Below the pieces are notes generated by a model. The model ran no database searches and was not told the origin of the DNA. It worked only from the letters and a program-made list of their open reading frames with translations. The translations under genes and the position numbers were made by a program. Source: Bdellovibrionales bacterium (lineage in GTDB: Bacteria; Bdellovibrionota; Bdellovibrionia; Bdellovibrionales; UBA1609). From it: a stretch of DNA of 32,000 bases. Positions 1 through 11,000 of the stretch are shown piece after piece; the stretch's first letter is position 1, and every line of letters starts with the position of its first letter. The DNA is taken from the NCBI GenBank assembly GCA_965247685.1, contig OZ252021.1, positions 1,230,001 through 1,262,000 of the forward strand, given 5' to 3'.

Positions 1-180
1 TCCACAAGTGCTTTGAGCTTCATAAAACTTACCTTGAAGGAAATCCCAATGAGAAAGAACACCTTTTGTAATATCCACAGCACCTTCTACGCTTTTTGTA
101 TCTATTTGGGCAAGCACAGGAAAAAGTATAAAAACAGCAAACACACTGAAAACTTTTACAAATATTTTATTTTTTATCAT
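1..180 (-). CDS. hypothetical exported protein, N-terminal 60 codons only (gene runs off the left edge)
   Basis: Minus-strand ATG at 180-178, open to position 1: MIKNKIFVKVFSVFAVFILFPVLAQIDTKSVEGAVDITKGVLSHWDFLQGKFYEAQSTCG. Basic n-region, hydrophobic core and a VLA-Q site look like a Sec signal peptide. It is absent from the ORF track because it has no stop in the window. Track ORF 13..201(+) is its antisense. Confidence 0.5.
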   Translation of the reverse strand, partial: MIKNKIFVKVFSVFAVFILFPVLAQIDTKSVEGAVDITKGVLSHWDFLQGKFYEAQSTCG

Positions 181-398
181 CTTTTTACCTGCAAAAAATA
201 AAAGGGGGGAAATATCATCACATCTACAAAACTTTTCGGTCGACTATAGTCAAAAATATAGACACTTTTACGAAAAAAGTTCTAAAAACATACAAATATA
301 GCATTATTTTCACATTTTTTGTCTCAAAACGACACACTGAAAAATTAAACTCTCATGTTAGAGTGCCGAAGCCTTAAAATCGATCCAGTTTTACTTCT

Positions 399-1457
399 TT
401 AAAGACGTTGAACAAAATCATCAAACAAGGATAAAGAATCTTTGGGTCCAGGATGATTTTCAGGATGAAATTGAACGGCCAACACTTTTTTCTTTTCAGA
501 ATAAAAACCCTGAATTGTTTGATCGTTTAAATTAATATGAGTTACTTTTACATCTAAAGGAAGCGACCCCTCCACGATCACATAACCATGATTTTGAGTT
601 GTAATATAAATACAATTATTCAAAGTATCTCGAACAGGATGATTCACTCCACGATGCCCAAACTTTAATTTTCTTGTTCGACCGCCTAAAGCCAATGCTA
701 AAATCTGACAACCCATACAAATTCCGAACATAAAATATTGCCCCATCAACTCTTGCACTGTTTGAACGGCTTTTTGCACATGTTGAGGATCTCCAGGCCC
801 ATTACTAAGCAAAATACCTTGTGGATTCCAATTCTTAATTTCTTCAGCCGAAGTTCGAGGAGGAAAAACAGCTACTTCTGAACATCGAGCCTTAAGCTCT
901 CTTAAAATACTCGATTTACAGCCAAAATCTAACACTGCCACTCGAGCTCCTTGAGATTTTTCACCTTTGTAAGTTTCCACTTTGGAATTAGAAATCAAAT
1001 ACGGCCAATCCTTTTCTAAACTTTTTTGTTTTTGAATTAACTCTTGAGCTTTAGATTTTGCCTGCTCCTCTTTTTCTTCCTTCACAATAGCTCCATAAAC
1101 AGAGCCGTGTTTTCTTAAGGTAAAAACTAAAGAGCGGGTATCCACCTCTTCTAAAACCGGAACACTGTGGGTGTTAAGTTTTTGCAACCAAGAATGATCT
1201 CTTTTAGAATTTTGCATTTGGACACACACAACACCCTGTATCCAAATTCTTTCAGACTCCCAAAAAAAATCACTCTCACCATAATTACCCTGCTGAGGGG
1301 CTGTCATCACCATGATTTGAGAAAAATAAGAGGGATCGGTAGCAACTTCTTCATAACCGCCGTGTGCTGTATTAAAGACAACTTCTCCGGCTTTCTCTCC
1401 ACCACCCAGATGTTTTCCAGAGAAAACCTCGCCTGTCTCCAAGACTAAATAAGCCAA
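399..1457 (-). CDS. carA: carbamoyl-phosphate synthase small (glutamine amidotransferase) subunit
   Basis: 352 aa. N-terminal CPSase small-chain region (GEVVFNTAHGGYEEVATDPSY, APQQGNYG), then a class-I GATase domain with nucleophile elbow FGICMGCQ and C-terminal VQFHPENHPGP. TTG start at 1457, 9 nt after the pyrB stop. Confidence 0.93.
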   Translation of the reverse strand: MAYLVLETGEVFSGKHLGGGEKAGEVVFNTAHGGYEEVATDPSYFSQIMVMTAPQQGNYGESDFFWESERIWIQGVVCVQMQNSKRDHSWLQKLNTHSVPVLEEVDTRSLVFTLRKHGSVYGAIVKEEKEEQAKSKAQELIQKQKSLEKDWPYLISNSKVETYKGEKSQGARVAVLDFGCKSSILRELKARCSEVAVFPPRTSAEEIKNWNPQGILLSNGPGDPQHVQKAVQTVQELMGQYFMFGICMGCQILALALGGRTRKLKFGHRGVNHPVRDTLNNCIYITTQNHGYVIVEGSLPLDVKVTHINLNDQTIQGFYSEKKKVLAVQFHPENHPGPKDSLSLFDDFVQRL

Positions 1458-1466
1458 GCTTTACCT

Positions 1467-2402
1467 CTATACTCTGAGATCTAAAATAGAGCAAAGAATG
1501 GCTAAACGAACATATAAACCGTTTTCAACTTGCCTTAAAATACAACAACGAGAATCTCTTAACGCATAGTTTGAAATTTCTACTCCTCGAATCACTGGAC
1601 CAGGATGAAGAATCACTCCCTTAGAGTTAAACAAGTTCATCTGATCATAACCAATGCGAAATTTATCACGATATTCGGCTAAAGAAAAACCTACAGGGCT
1701 TACATCTTCATGTCTTTCTTCGTGTACACGCAAAGCCACTAAAACAGTCGACCATTTTACTCCCTCATCGAGATTTTCAAATTTTTTTAGATTTTTCCAT
1801 ATTTCCGTTTTCGGTGATAAAGAATTAGGAGAACAATAAGCCACCTCTGCACCCATACGAGTAAAAAGTTTGCAGTCCGAATGAGCTACACGAGAATGCA
1901 GGACATCCCCTATGATTAAAATTTTTTCTCCTTTAACTTTTCCTCGAGTTTCCAATATGGTCATGACATCAGATAAAGATTGAGTTGGGTGAGATTCTGT
2001 GCCTAAACCCGCGTTAATAAGAGGAATAGGGCTTTGAAATAGTTCCTCCTTACTTTGTTTGAGTTTTCTCGTGCGAAAAATTAAAGCATCAGGGCGTAAA
2101 GCTTTAAGAATAGTGAATGTATCTTCTAAAGTTTCTCCTTTAGCTACGCTGGAATAATCTAAACTTAAAGACACTTTTTTAACATTGAGCCGGTCACATG
2201 CTGTTTCAAAACTAACTCGAGTTCTTGTACTCGGTTCAGCAAAAAGAAGATAAACCACTTTTCTGCCTGCTTTTTTATAGTCGACTAAATGCTGAATGGA
2301 GCCGGATTCTAGATTCTTTTTAAAAAGAGAGGCCAACTCTAAAATATCATTAATCTGATGGTTTTCTAAATTCTCAATATCTATGATGGACTTGTTTAAC
2401 AT
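1467..2402 (-). CDS. pyrB: aspartate carbamoyltransferase catalytic subunit
   Basis: 311 aa with STRTR carbamoyl-phosphate motif, HPTQ and LHPGP motifs. Directly upstream of carA on the same strand. Confidence 0.93.
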   Translation of the reverse strand: MLNKSIIDIENLENHQINDILELASLFKKNLESGSIQHLVDYKKAGRKVVYLLFAEPSTRTRVSFETACDRLNVKKVSLSLDYSSVAKGETLEDTFTILKALRPDALIFRTRKLKQSKEELFQSPIPLINAGLGTESHPTQSLSDVMTILETRGKVKGEKILIIGDVLHSRVAHSDCKLFTRMGAEVAYCSPNSLSPKTEIWKNLKKFENLDEGVKWSTVLVALRVHEERHEDVSPVGFSLAEYRDKFRIGYDQMNLFNSKGVILHPGPVIRGVEISNYALRDSRCCILRQVENGLYVRLAILCSILDLRV

Positions 2403-2454
2403 AGTAACCTTTATATTATATTAAAAAAAAAAGTCGAACTGGTCAATCCACTTT

Positions 2455-3204
2455 TTAATTATCCTTGACTGGCAAAGAACTAAAAACACGATCCCGTCGA
2501 ATCGTCCACGGATAGCAAAGTAAAGGCAAATTAAATAGTGTTTTTTCACAACTAAGCCAAATACCCACAGCCTGCCCCATAAGATTTTCTACAGGCAAAA
2601 CTCCCCAATAACGACTATCTTCTGAATTATTCCTATTGTCTCCCATAACAAATAAAGAACCTTCTGGAACGACCCAATCATACTTTTGATCAAGAGAATA
2701 AGATTTTTTCCACAACACACGATAAGACATATTACCCTGAGTTTCTAAAAACATATTATAACGACGAATATCATCTCCTATATCTTCACTGGAAACAGGA
2801 TAAAACGAATCATGACTGTTGAGTTTTTCGAGAAAAACAGATTGATCATTGATCCAAATTTGATTTCCTAAAAGTTTAATCTGATCTCCTGGGCGAGCTA
2901 CAACCCTTTTCACCATAAAATAGTCTGCTGTAACCGAACGAAAGACCACAATATCCCCTCGTGCAGGAGCTTCACTTTTCCATAACCATCTTTTCGTAAA
3001 AGGAATCCGAAGTCCATAAGGGTATTTTTTCACTACAATATGATCAAACACTAAAAAAGTCGGCACCATACTGCTCGAAGGAATGACATAGTGATCAAAT
3101 CCAATCCAACGGAAAATCAAAACAAGTAAAACTATACTCCAAAAAATGGGGCCACTCTTTAATTGATTCCAAAAATATCGATTTATTTTTCTTAGAATAT
3201 TCAT
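2455..3204 (-). CDS. lepB: signal peptidase I (canonical Ser/Lys dyad present)
   Basis: 249 aa. N-terminal TM segment, box B IPSSSMVPT, box C RGDIVVF, box D MVKRVVARPGD, box E GDNRNNSEDSRYWG. Confidence 0.9.
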   Translation of the reverse strand: MNILRKINRYFWNQLKSGPIFWSIVLLVLIFRWIGFDHYVIPSSSMVPTFLVFDHIVVKKYPYGLRIPFTKRWLWKSEAPARGDIVVFRSVTADYFMVKRVVARPGDQIKLLGNQIWINDQSVFLEKLNSHDSFYPVSSEDIGDDIRRYNMFLETQGNMSYRVLWKKSYSLDQKYDWVVPEGSLFVMGDNRNNSEDSRYWGVLPVENLMGQAVGIWLSCEKTLFNLPLLCYPWTIRRDRVFSSLPVKDN

Positions 3205-3249
3205 AAGATTCCTTCTATAATTTATTGATTTTACTAAATAAATTAAGTT

Positions 3250-4281
3250 TTACTTTATATGTTTTTTTGAAGATGCTTTGTGAACTGACCATAATAAACG
3301 TCCCTCTCTAGAGGAATTAAACTGACACAAAAAATTCAAAACAGGAAGTGTTTTCTCACATCCCCAAACAATTTGAAAGGCTCGACCGTAAAAAGATTGA
3401 AAAGGAACAACACTCTGATCGAATCCTCCAGAAAAAGAACTTGAATTATAAACGTTTAAAACAGAATAAAGTGAACCTTCTAAACTCCACTTCACACCCT
3501 TTGGAATATTTCCTCTAAATCCAGCCTCCTTCGATCGAACAGGGACTGAAACATTTCTTTTAGTCAGCCTTGCACTCTGAGTAGTTGTGAAAAAAACTGG
3601 AAAATACGGATCAACAATAGCTTTGAGAGTTGTACTTTGAGGAATAATAAATTCTTTGTTTGAATTTTCATCTTTTCTTTTAAATACCACCTGTCCTTGA
3701 GCATATTTTTTATTGGACGGCCAAAAACGAGAATCTTGAGCAAGGCTGCGATGATCACCCATAACAAAATAATGCCCTTTGGGAACTTTATAAGGACCAA
3801 AAGAAAGATTCTGATCTTTTTGAGTTAAAATACTATAAGGCCCTGCCGCAAGTTCTTCTTGCCAATGCACATAATAATTTCTCCACTGAAGATCTCCCGT
3901 AAAATCACCGTCTCTTAAAAAATCCCATTCTTTTTGAACTAAGTCAGGAGTTAAAGCTCGATGCATTTTTTCGTTAATGAAAAGCACTCCATCAGAGTAA
4001 AACAATCGATCTCCAGGTAAAGCCATTACACGACGAAAAACTAATGGATAAGGAGGATGAGGAGCTTTCATTAAAATCACCTCACCTCTTTGAGGAGCAC
4101 TCCATCTCCACAAGTAAACAGAAGTTCCAGGAATACGAATTCCATATCGCCATTTTTGCACCCACAGATAATCATTTTTTAATAAAGTGGGAGCCATATC
4201 CGAAGAAGAAACTTGATAAAACTCTAAAATAAAAATCCTAAAAAGAATTGCAAAAAAAATAAAAATTAATCCGTACTTCAT
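3250..4281 (-). CDS. signal peptidase I-like paralog; dyad positions read Asp28/Arg83 and there is a ~105-aa insertion after box E
   Basis: 343 aa. N-terminal TM segment, box B-like VSSSDMAPT, box C RGEVILMK, box D-like VFRRVMALPGD, box E GDHRSLAQDSRFW. Shares the C-terminal W-x-(S/G)-CEKTL...LC motif with the neighbouring lepB. Its start codon overlaps the lepA stop by 1 nt (TAATG at 4279-4283). Confidence 0.8.
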   Translation of the reverse strand: MKYGLIFIFFAILFRIFILEFYQVSSSDMAPTLLKNDYLWVQKWRYGIRIPGTSVYLWRWSAPQRGEVILMKAPHPPYPLVFRRVMALPGDRLFYSDGVLFINEKMHRALTPDLVQKEWDFLRDGDFTGDLQWRNYYVHWQEELAAGPYSILTQKDQNLSFGPYKVPKGHYFVMGDHRSLAQDSRFWPSNKKYAQGQVVFKRKDENSNKEFIIPQSTTLKAIVDPYFPVFFTTTQSARLTKRNVSVPVRSKEAGFRGNIPKGVKWSLEGSLYSVLNVYNSSSFSGGFDQSVVPFQSFYGRAFQIVWGCEKTLPVLNFLCQFNSSREGRLLWSVHKASSKKHIK

Positions 4282-6080
4282 TATGAATTCTTCAAAACAG
4301 CCATAAATGCTTCTTGTGGAATAGATACCTGCCCCACTTCTTTCATCCTTTTCTTTCCCTTTTTTTGTTTTTCTAAAAGTTTTCTCTTACGAGTCACATC
4401 TCCACCATAAAGTTTAGCTGTCACATCTTTTCGAAAAGCACGAATAGTTTCTCGTGCGAGCACTCTTCCGCCAATCGCAGCCTGCAAGGCGATAGGAAAT
4501 TGTTTTCTCGGTATAATTTCCTTTAATTTTTTTACAATTTGTCTTCCTTTATATTCCGATTTATCTTTGTGAAGAATAGTGGATAGAGCATCTATTTTTT
4601 CACTATTTAAAAGAATATCCAAAAGAACAAGCTTGGCCTCCTGATAACCTGACCATTCGTACTCCATGGAAGCATAACCTTTAGAAACAGACTTCAACTG
4701 ATCATGAAAATCCGTCACAACCTCCGCAAGAGGTATATTGTATTCAATGATCACTCGATCCGCTGTTGAGTATTCCATACGCACCTGCTCTCCTCTTCCA
4801 TCCTCGCAAAGTTTAAAAACTCCTCCAATATGATCGGATGGAGTGTGAATAGTCAGACGAACCATCGGTTCAGTAATTTTGTCAATTTTAGAAAGATCGG
4901 GAAGATGAGAAGGGTTTTCCACTTCTTCCATTTCACCATTGGTCAAATACACTTGATACACCACGCTGGGCGCTGTCACAATCAGATTGAGGTCAAACTC
5001 TCTTTCCAACCGCTCTTGTACAATTTCTAAGTGAAGTAAACCTAAAAACCCACAACGAAAACCAAAACCTAAAGCTGGGGAACTATCCATTTCATAAGTT
5101 AAAGCCGAGTCATTCAGGGATAGTTTTTCCAGAGATTTTCTGAGTAAAGCAAAATCACTCGCATCTACAGGATACACTCCGGAGTACACCATTGGCTTCA
5201 CTTTTTTAAATCCTTTAAGGGGCTCTGTTGCAGGATTTTCTTTGTAAGTCATCGTATCTCCAACTCGAATTTGTTTAATATCTTTGACTCCAGAAATAAC
5301 AAACCCTACCTCTCCAGTGTGAAGTTTCTTTTTTTCTACAGGATAAGGGGAAAATATGCCCATCTTAAGAACTTCACATTCTAAGCCTGTCCCCATAAAC
5401 ACGATAGAATCTCCTTTAGAAATATTTCCGTCTTTAACTCGACAAAGCGACACCACTCCTTGGTAAGAATCAAACCAAGAATCAAAAATCAAGGCTCTTA
5501 AAACTGAACTCTTTTTTGAAGTTTGAGGTGAAGGAACTCTTTGGACAACAGCAGATAAAACAGCTTCCAAACCTACTTGATTTTTAGCACTGATTTCTAA
5601 AATTTCATCTTCATGAAAACCTATGAGATCACAAAGCTGTTGCTTAATTTCTTCAACACGTGCAGAAGGAAGGTCTACTTTATTCAAAACAGGAATCAGT
5701 TTTAAATTGTTTTCGATCGCTAGGTGAGCATGAGCTAAAGTTTGAGCTTCCACTCCTTGACTCGCATCTACAACAAGTAAAACCCCTTCGCATGCACTCA
5801 AAGATCGAGAAACTTCATAAGAAAAATCGACATGCCCAGGGGTATCAATCAGATTGAGCTGATATATTTGTCCATCAGTATGTTTATAATGCAAACACAC
5901 CGTTTGTGCTTTAATGGTAATCCCTCTTTCTCGTTCAATATCCATACTATCTAGGAACTGAGATTTTTTATCTCTTTCCTGAATAGCCTGAGTGATATCC
6001 ATCAACCCATCCGCCAGTGTGGACTTACCGTGATCAATGTGAGCGATGATAGAAAAATTTCGAATGTATTTCAGTTCCAT
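4281..6080 (-). CDS. lepA: translation elongation factor 4 (LepA)
   Basis: 599 aa. GTPase motifs AHIDHGKST, DTPGH, NKVD, and a full-length EF4 layout with a basic C-terminal domain. Classical lepA-lepB operon context. Confidence 0.97.
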   Translation of the reverse strand: MELKYIRNFSIIAHIDHGKSTLADGLMDITQAIQERDKKSQFLDSMDIERERGITIKAQTVCLHYKHTDGQIYQLNLIDTPGHVDFSYEVSRSLSACEGVLLVVDASQGVEAQTLAHAHLAIENNLKLIPVLNKVDLPSARVEEIKQQLCDLIGFHEDEILEISAKNQVGLEAVLSAVVQRVPSPQTSKKSSVLRALIFDSWFDSYQGVVSLCRVKDGNISKGDSIVFMGTGLECEVLKMGIFSPYPVEKKKLHTGEVGFVISGVKDIKQIRVGDTMTYKENPATEPLKGFKKVKPMVYSGVYPVDASDFALLRKSLEKLSLNDSALTYEMDSSPALGFGFRCGFLGLLHLEIVQERLEREFDLNLIVTAPSVVYQVYLTNGEMEEVENPSHLPDLSKIDKITEPMVRLTIHTPSDHIGGVFKLCEDGRGEQVRMEYSTADRVIIEYNIPLAEVVTDFHDQLKSVSKGYASMEYEWSGYQEAKLVLLDILLNSEKIDALSTILHKDKSEYKGRQIVKKLKEIIPRKQFPIALQAAIGGRVLARETIRAFRKDVTAKLYGGDVTRKRKLLEKQKKGKKRMKEVGQVSIPQEAFMAVLKNS

Positions 6081-6110
6081 AACTTTAATAATTTACATTG
6101 TTTATTTTTT

Positions 6111-6566
6111 ATGATTCAATCTCTATTGTATATGATTCGTTTTTTTATACTTATTTTTTCATCTTGGGTGCTGTTTTCTTGTTCTTCTAACCCTAAAAAT
6201 AACCCTTTTCAACTTCTTTGGCCTACAGACAAAAAAACTATTTCAAAGGATTACTCTGGCTCCCATGACGGTATCGATATTGCCGTCTTCTCAGGCACTC
6301 CTGTTTATGCTGCACATAAAGGGAAGATAGAATACTCTGGGTATTCTACAACTTATGGATATTATGTGATTATTGAATTCTCTGAACAGTGGGCAACACT
6401 TTATGCCCATTTAAATAAAATTTTGGTGCAAAAAGGAGAAACAGTGCAGCCTAGACAAAAGATCGGTCTTTCTGGAGCTACAGGCGTCGTATCTGGAGCT
6501 CATCTTCATTTCGAGTTGTTTAAAAATAAGAAAAATGTTAATCCTTTTTCTTACCTTAAAAAATAA
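6111..6566 (+). CDS. M23/LytM-family metallopeptidase, probable lipoprotein
   Basis: HxxxD (SHDGIDI) and HxH (GAHLHFE) zinc motifs. Signal sequence with lipobox-like VLFS-C. The track start at 6030 overlaps lepA, so I prefer ATG 6111 (ATG 6132 is also possible). Confidence 0.8.
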   Translation: MIQSLLYMIRFFILIFSSWVLFSCSSNPKNNPFQLLWPTDKKTISKDYSGSHDGIDIAVFSGTPVYAAHKGKIEYSGYSTTYGYYVIIEFSEQWATLYAHLNKILVQKGETVQPRQKIGLSGATGVVSGAHLHFELFKNKKNVNPFSYLKK

Positions 6567-6618
6567 CTATGTCTCCATATCCTTGTAATAGAGCATAATA
6601 ATAGGACGTATACTTTCT

Positions 6619-8097
6619 ATGAAAAATTTTAATATAAAAAACTTTAATATAAAAAAATTTTATACAATTTCTTTACTGCAAATTTTATTGTATATAGCCA
6701 TCATCCCTTTTGCAAATGCAAAAACATGGAGCCTTGATGATGTGATCATCACAGCACTCAAGCAAAGCTACCCTTCTCAAATTATTAAAAGCCAAAAAAA
6801 TTCGGATGAATGGATGAAAACGCAGGCTTTAGCGGAATATGACCTAATGGCAATCTTCAAAGGTCAATACCCACAAGATGTTCAAAACATATCACCTAAC
6901 AAGATGTTTGGGGATTACTCCTACATTTTGCAAAAAAAATGGTTTACAGGTTCGCAAATACGAACTGTTTATTGCTATAGCTATGGTATTTCTCATTGTG
7001 GATCGCCTTTTACAGGATCTTTTACTCCCCCTTCTCTCACCTCGCCCTCTTCTTTTTATTTCAATAAATTTTCATTTCAAATGGAACAAAGTTTACTGAG
7101 AAACTTTTTTGGTCGAGAAGATCGTCTAAAAATCAAAGAGGTTCATTCTCGTTATAAAAGTATAGTCCTCAGTCGAAAAGAAGATACTAAAAAACTAATT
7201 TTATCTGCGGCTCAAAACTTTTGGAATGCCTACACAGCTTACACTAGTTGGAGGCAGGCTCAACTGCAAACAAAATATTATAAAAAATTGGTTATACTAG
7301 CTAAAAGAAAGAAAAGTCTTGGTCATATTATGCCAGGGGAACTTCCTCAAATTCAATCTCAATATGAACGAGCATTAAAGTTTCAAAATACTACTCATAC
7401 TCAATGGAAAAACTCATCTTTACTTCTTCAATCTTTTTTACAAATTGAATCCTCAAAAATTCAATTCAAAAAACCAAAACATCTTTTGATGCCGTCTTTT
7501 AAGGAGTACGATTCCAATTCATTCAACGCAGTTCAAGTAGCTCGTCATCACTACGACTCTGTCACTGCAAATATTCAATCTAAAAAGTATTACTACCTTC
7601 CTTATTTAAAATTCAAAGCCCAAGCAGATTATTCTGGTCAAGATCCTCGAAGTATGAAGCAAGCATTTGAACAGGCTAAAATAGGAAATCAAAAATTCTA
7701 CACATTAGGATTAGAACTCGTTTACCCCATCCCTACAACCATTTCGGGGCTTCGAACATTTCGCAGTCTGAAATATAAACAAAAAGAATATGATTTAGAA
7801 CTTCTTCAAACAAAAGAAAAAATTAAAAATCAATTACAAATATTATGGAATACAGTTAAAAATTCTCAATCAGCAATGAAGACGGCTATTCATGTCACTC
7901 AGTTACAAAACCAAGCCTTAAGAGAAATACAAAAATCTTATGAACAAGGTCGTTTATCTATCAATGATCTGATCTCAGCACAAGATCGAAAAATACAAGT
8001 AGAGCTTGAAAAAATAAAATCTCAAAAAGATTATGATCTTGCAGTTATTCAATATTTATCTCTGACAGATCAACTGATTCAAAGGTATCGTTCATGA
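6619..8097 (+). CDS. TolC-like outer-membrane efflux factor (OMF)
   Basis: 492 aa. Sec signal peptide (...IIPFANA-KTW), long Q/K/L-rich helical content and OEP-like length. The stop overlaps the RND start (ATGA, 8094-8097). The call rests mainly on context and general appearance. Confidence 0.65.
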   Translation: MKNFNIKNFNIKKFYTISLLQILLYIAIIPFANAKTWSLDDVIITALKQSYPSQIIKSQKNSDEWMKTQALAEYDLMAIFKGQYPQDVQNISPNKMFGDYSYILQKKWFTGSQIRTVYCYSYGISHCGSPFTGSFTPPSLTSPSSFYFNKFSFQMEQSLLRNFFGREDRLKIKEVHSRYKSIVLSRKEDTKKLILSAAQNFWNAYTAYTSWRQAQLQTKYYKKLVILAKRKKSLGHIMPGELPQIQSQYERALKFQNTTHTQWKNSSLLLQSFLQIESSKIQFKKPKHLLMPSFKEYDSNSFNAVQVARHHYDSVTANIQSKKYYYLPYLKFKAQADYSGQDPRSMKQAFEQAKIGNQKFYTLGLELVYPIPTTISGLRTFRSLKYKQKEYDLELLQTKEKIKNQLQILWNTVKNSQSAMKTAIHVTQLQNQALREIQKSYEQGRLSINDLISAQDRKIQVELEKIKSQKDYDLAVIQYLSLTDQLIQRYRS

Positions 8098-11000
8098 ATT
8101 CTTGTTTTAATTTTTTTATCAAAAATCCAAAACTGACTTCTGTTTTAACAATTACTATACTGGTAATGGGGTTTTTAGGTTTAAGAAGTTTAAGAAGAGA
8201 AACACGCCCCGCTGTAGACTTTGCCCGTGTGATCATCACAACACACTTTCCAGGAGCTTCAGCTCAAGAAGTAGAAGAGCAGGTCACTTTAAAAATTGAA
8301 GAACAGATTCGAACAGTAGACGGCATCAAAGAATCCCGCTCTCTTTCAGCTCATGGTATGAGTAATCTCACCATATTTATTGATTTAGATAATGTGAATA
8401 CCTTAGATGTAGTGGATGAATTACAAAGAGCCTTGTCTAAAGTTAAAGATCTTCCTTCCAGTTTACTAGATGATCCTTATTTTTTTCATCTTAAAGCTAA
8501 AGAAATTCCAATTCTCAAAGTTCTTATTAAGGGCGATAACTCTCAAAGAAAAAGAGATGAACTTGCATTTCAACTGAAAACATTTTTAGAAAGAGACTCT
8601 GGAATAGCAAACATTCAAATGTCTGGTTATAAACCAAGAGAATTTAAAGTTATTTTAAATCCTGAAAAACTGAATGAACACCATGTATCCGTCAACGAAG
8701 TCGCTCAGGCCGTAACTTACTATGCGAAAGATATTTCAGCCGGAGTTCTTCGTTCTTCTTCTCATATTTATCAAGTGAATTTTTTTACTCAACTCAAAGA
8801 TGTCAAAAAAATGGAAAACATTATCATTCGCTCTAATTTTTCTGGAAAAAAAATTCTATTAAAAGATTTAGGGCGAGTGGAAGACAGCCACGAAGAAGCC
8901 ACAGAAATAATTCGCTTCAATAACAAACCCACCACCTACTTAACTATCGCAAAAAAAGAAAAAGAAGATTCTATTACTCTTTCTAATCGAATTAAAGAGC
9001 TTCTCAAAAAATACCCTTTACCTGAGGGTTATCAAGTTCAGGTTTACGATAATGAAGCCGAGAATACAGAGCGGCAACTTGGTATCGTGTGGAATAATGC
9101 ATGGGTGGGAATGGCTTTGGTTTTAGCTATACTCCTCCTTCTTCTTCCAGGCAACCTAGGGTTTTTATCGGCGCTCAGTTTACCTATCTCTATATTGGGA
9201 ACTATTGCCATTTGTTCTGCATTTGATATTACATTTAATACCATTACCATGCTGGCATTTATTATTTGCATTGGTATGCTAGTGGATAATGCAGTAGTTA
9301 TTAGTGAAAATTATGCCCGCCTTCGATTAGATCAGTTTTCAAATCAAGAAGCAGCCCTTAAATCCGTAATGCAGCTTTATAAACCTGTAACAGCAACTGT
9401 ACTCACCACAATTTCAGCATTTCTCCCTATGCTCGTCACTCAGGGGATTATGGGGCAGTTTATTATGTGGATTCCTATTACGGTGTCTGTGGCGCTCATG
9501 GTAAACTTATTTGATGCCTTTTTACTTCTCCCCTCTCGTCTACAATTCACAATTAGAAAAAATACGAATAAAATTAGTCGTATTCAAAATCAATTTCAAA
9601 TCCTAACGAATCAATTCTCACAATTTATCTCGTTTTGTATTCATAGACGCTATCTCTCTTTTTCCATTCTTTTTGGAATGATCATTGCAAGCCTTTGGAT
9701 AAATGCTCGTTGGAATGAATTTATTTTATTTCCGAAAGATAATGTCCGGAAGTTTTATATTTATTACGAAACTAAACCTGGAACTTCCGTGGAACAAACG
9801 GATCAATGGGTGGAGTCTTTAACAGATCAAGTATTAAACAAAGTAGAAATGGATGAAATTAAAGGTCTTCTCACTCAATCTGGAGGGCAAGGGCACGCTT
9901 TTTTTTCCAAAGGAAAAAGTGGTGAAAATACAGGAGAGATGTGGCTTCTTGTAAAGGATGATTCTAAGTACAGAACTCAACCTATGGCTTTATTGAAAAA
10001 ACTAAGAACTATTAAGGATGATAAGTTTGAAATTTTACGATTTGATGTTCAAGCCGGAGGGCCTCCTGTCGGTCAAGCTCTTCACTTAGTACTCACTTCA
10101 TTTAATCGAAAAGAACTTAAGCAATACGTTGAAGAATTAGAGTCAAAGCTTTCTAAAATTCCAGGAATTATCGAACTGGAAAATGATTGGGTGACAACGG
10201 GACCAGAGTATCACATTCAACCTCGAACAGATCGCCTTGCAGAATTGAAACTTAATCCCACCTTATTAGGACAAACTCTACAAATGGCTTTAAAAGGCTA
10301 TATTGCCGGTGAATTTGTAGACCAAGGAGAAACTTTCTATATGCGTGTTTACTATGATGATCGTGTGCGGGCAAATATGGACTTATTAAAACAAACAAAA
10401 ATTCAAACCCCAACCGGATCTTTAATTCCTTTAAGTGAGGTGATTCAAGTGAATTATCGTCCTCAAGGCAACCCCATTAGGAAAAGATACGACTTTCAAC
10501 CTTCCGTAGAAGTGCAAGCTAAAGTTCAAAAAGGTTTGATAAACTCCTATCAGGCAAATGCAAAAGCTTCCAAAATTATTGAAAAAATGAAAAAAAAATA
10601 CCCTTCTGTTTCTCACACTTTTCTTGGAGAAAATAGAAGTAGTAAAGAATCTATGGAGTCTTTGAGATCGGCAATGGTTCTTGCTTCCTTCGGCATTTTT
10701 ATTATTCTTTTGATTATGTTTAGAGGATTCATGGTATCAACTCTTGCTCTCAGCTCGATTGGCTTAGGTCTTATTGGCGTCAGCCTTGCATTTGCCCTTC
10801 ATCAACGACCTTTATCTTTTCTAGCTATGGTGGGTATTGTCGGCTTAACGGGTGTGATGATTAATTCGTCCATCATTCTTTTGAGTTTTATTGAAGACAC
10901 CAAAAAGCAATTTTCAGATATGTCGATACACGATGTTTTAGTTCAATCTGCTCGTTTTCGATTTAAGCCCATTGTGATTACAACATTTACTACAGTGTGC

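Noticed and set aside
13-201. Track ORF 13..201(+), 62 aa
   Set aside because: The product is low-complexity and Lys/Phe/Tyr-rich with no SD. The opposite strand carries a better ORF with a clean signal peptide starting at 180.
399-1457. carA oddities: GICMGCQ instead of the GICLGHQ elbow, and no adjacent carB
   Set aside because: The nucleophile Cys and the C-terminal His/Glu are present, and the substituted His is not part of the triad. Separated carA and carB genes are known in several lineages. This looks like ordinary variation.
6030-6110. Track start (6030) of the M23 peptidase ORF
   Set aside because: It would overlap the lepA 5' end by 51 nt and add a non-signal-like extension. ATG 6111 or 6132 gives a normal lipoprotein signal sequence.
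6619-6665. 15-bp near-duplication at the 5' end of the OMF gene (MKNFNIKNFNIKKF)
   Set aside because: There are only two imperfect copies, in the n-region of a signal peptide. It is most likely a trivial slippage product with no evident function.
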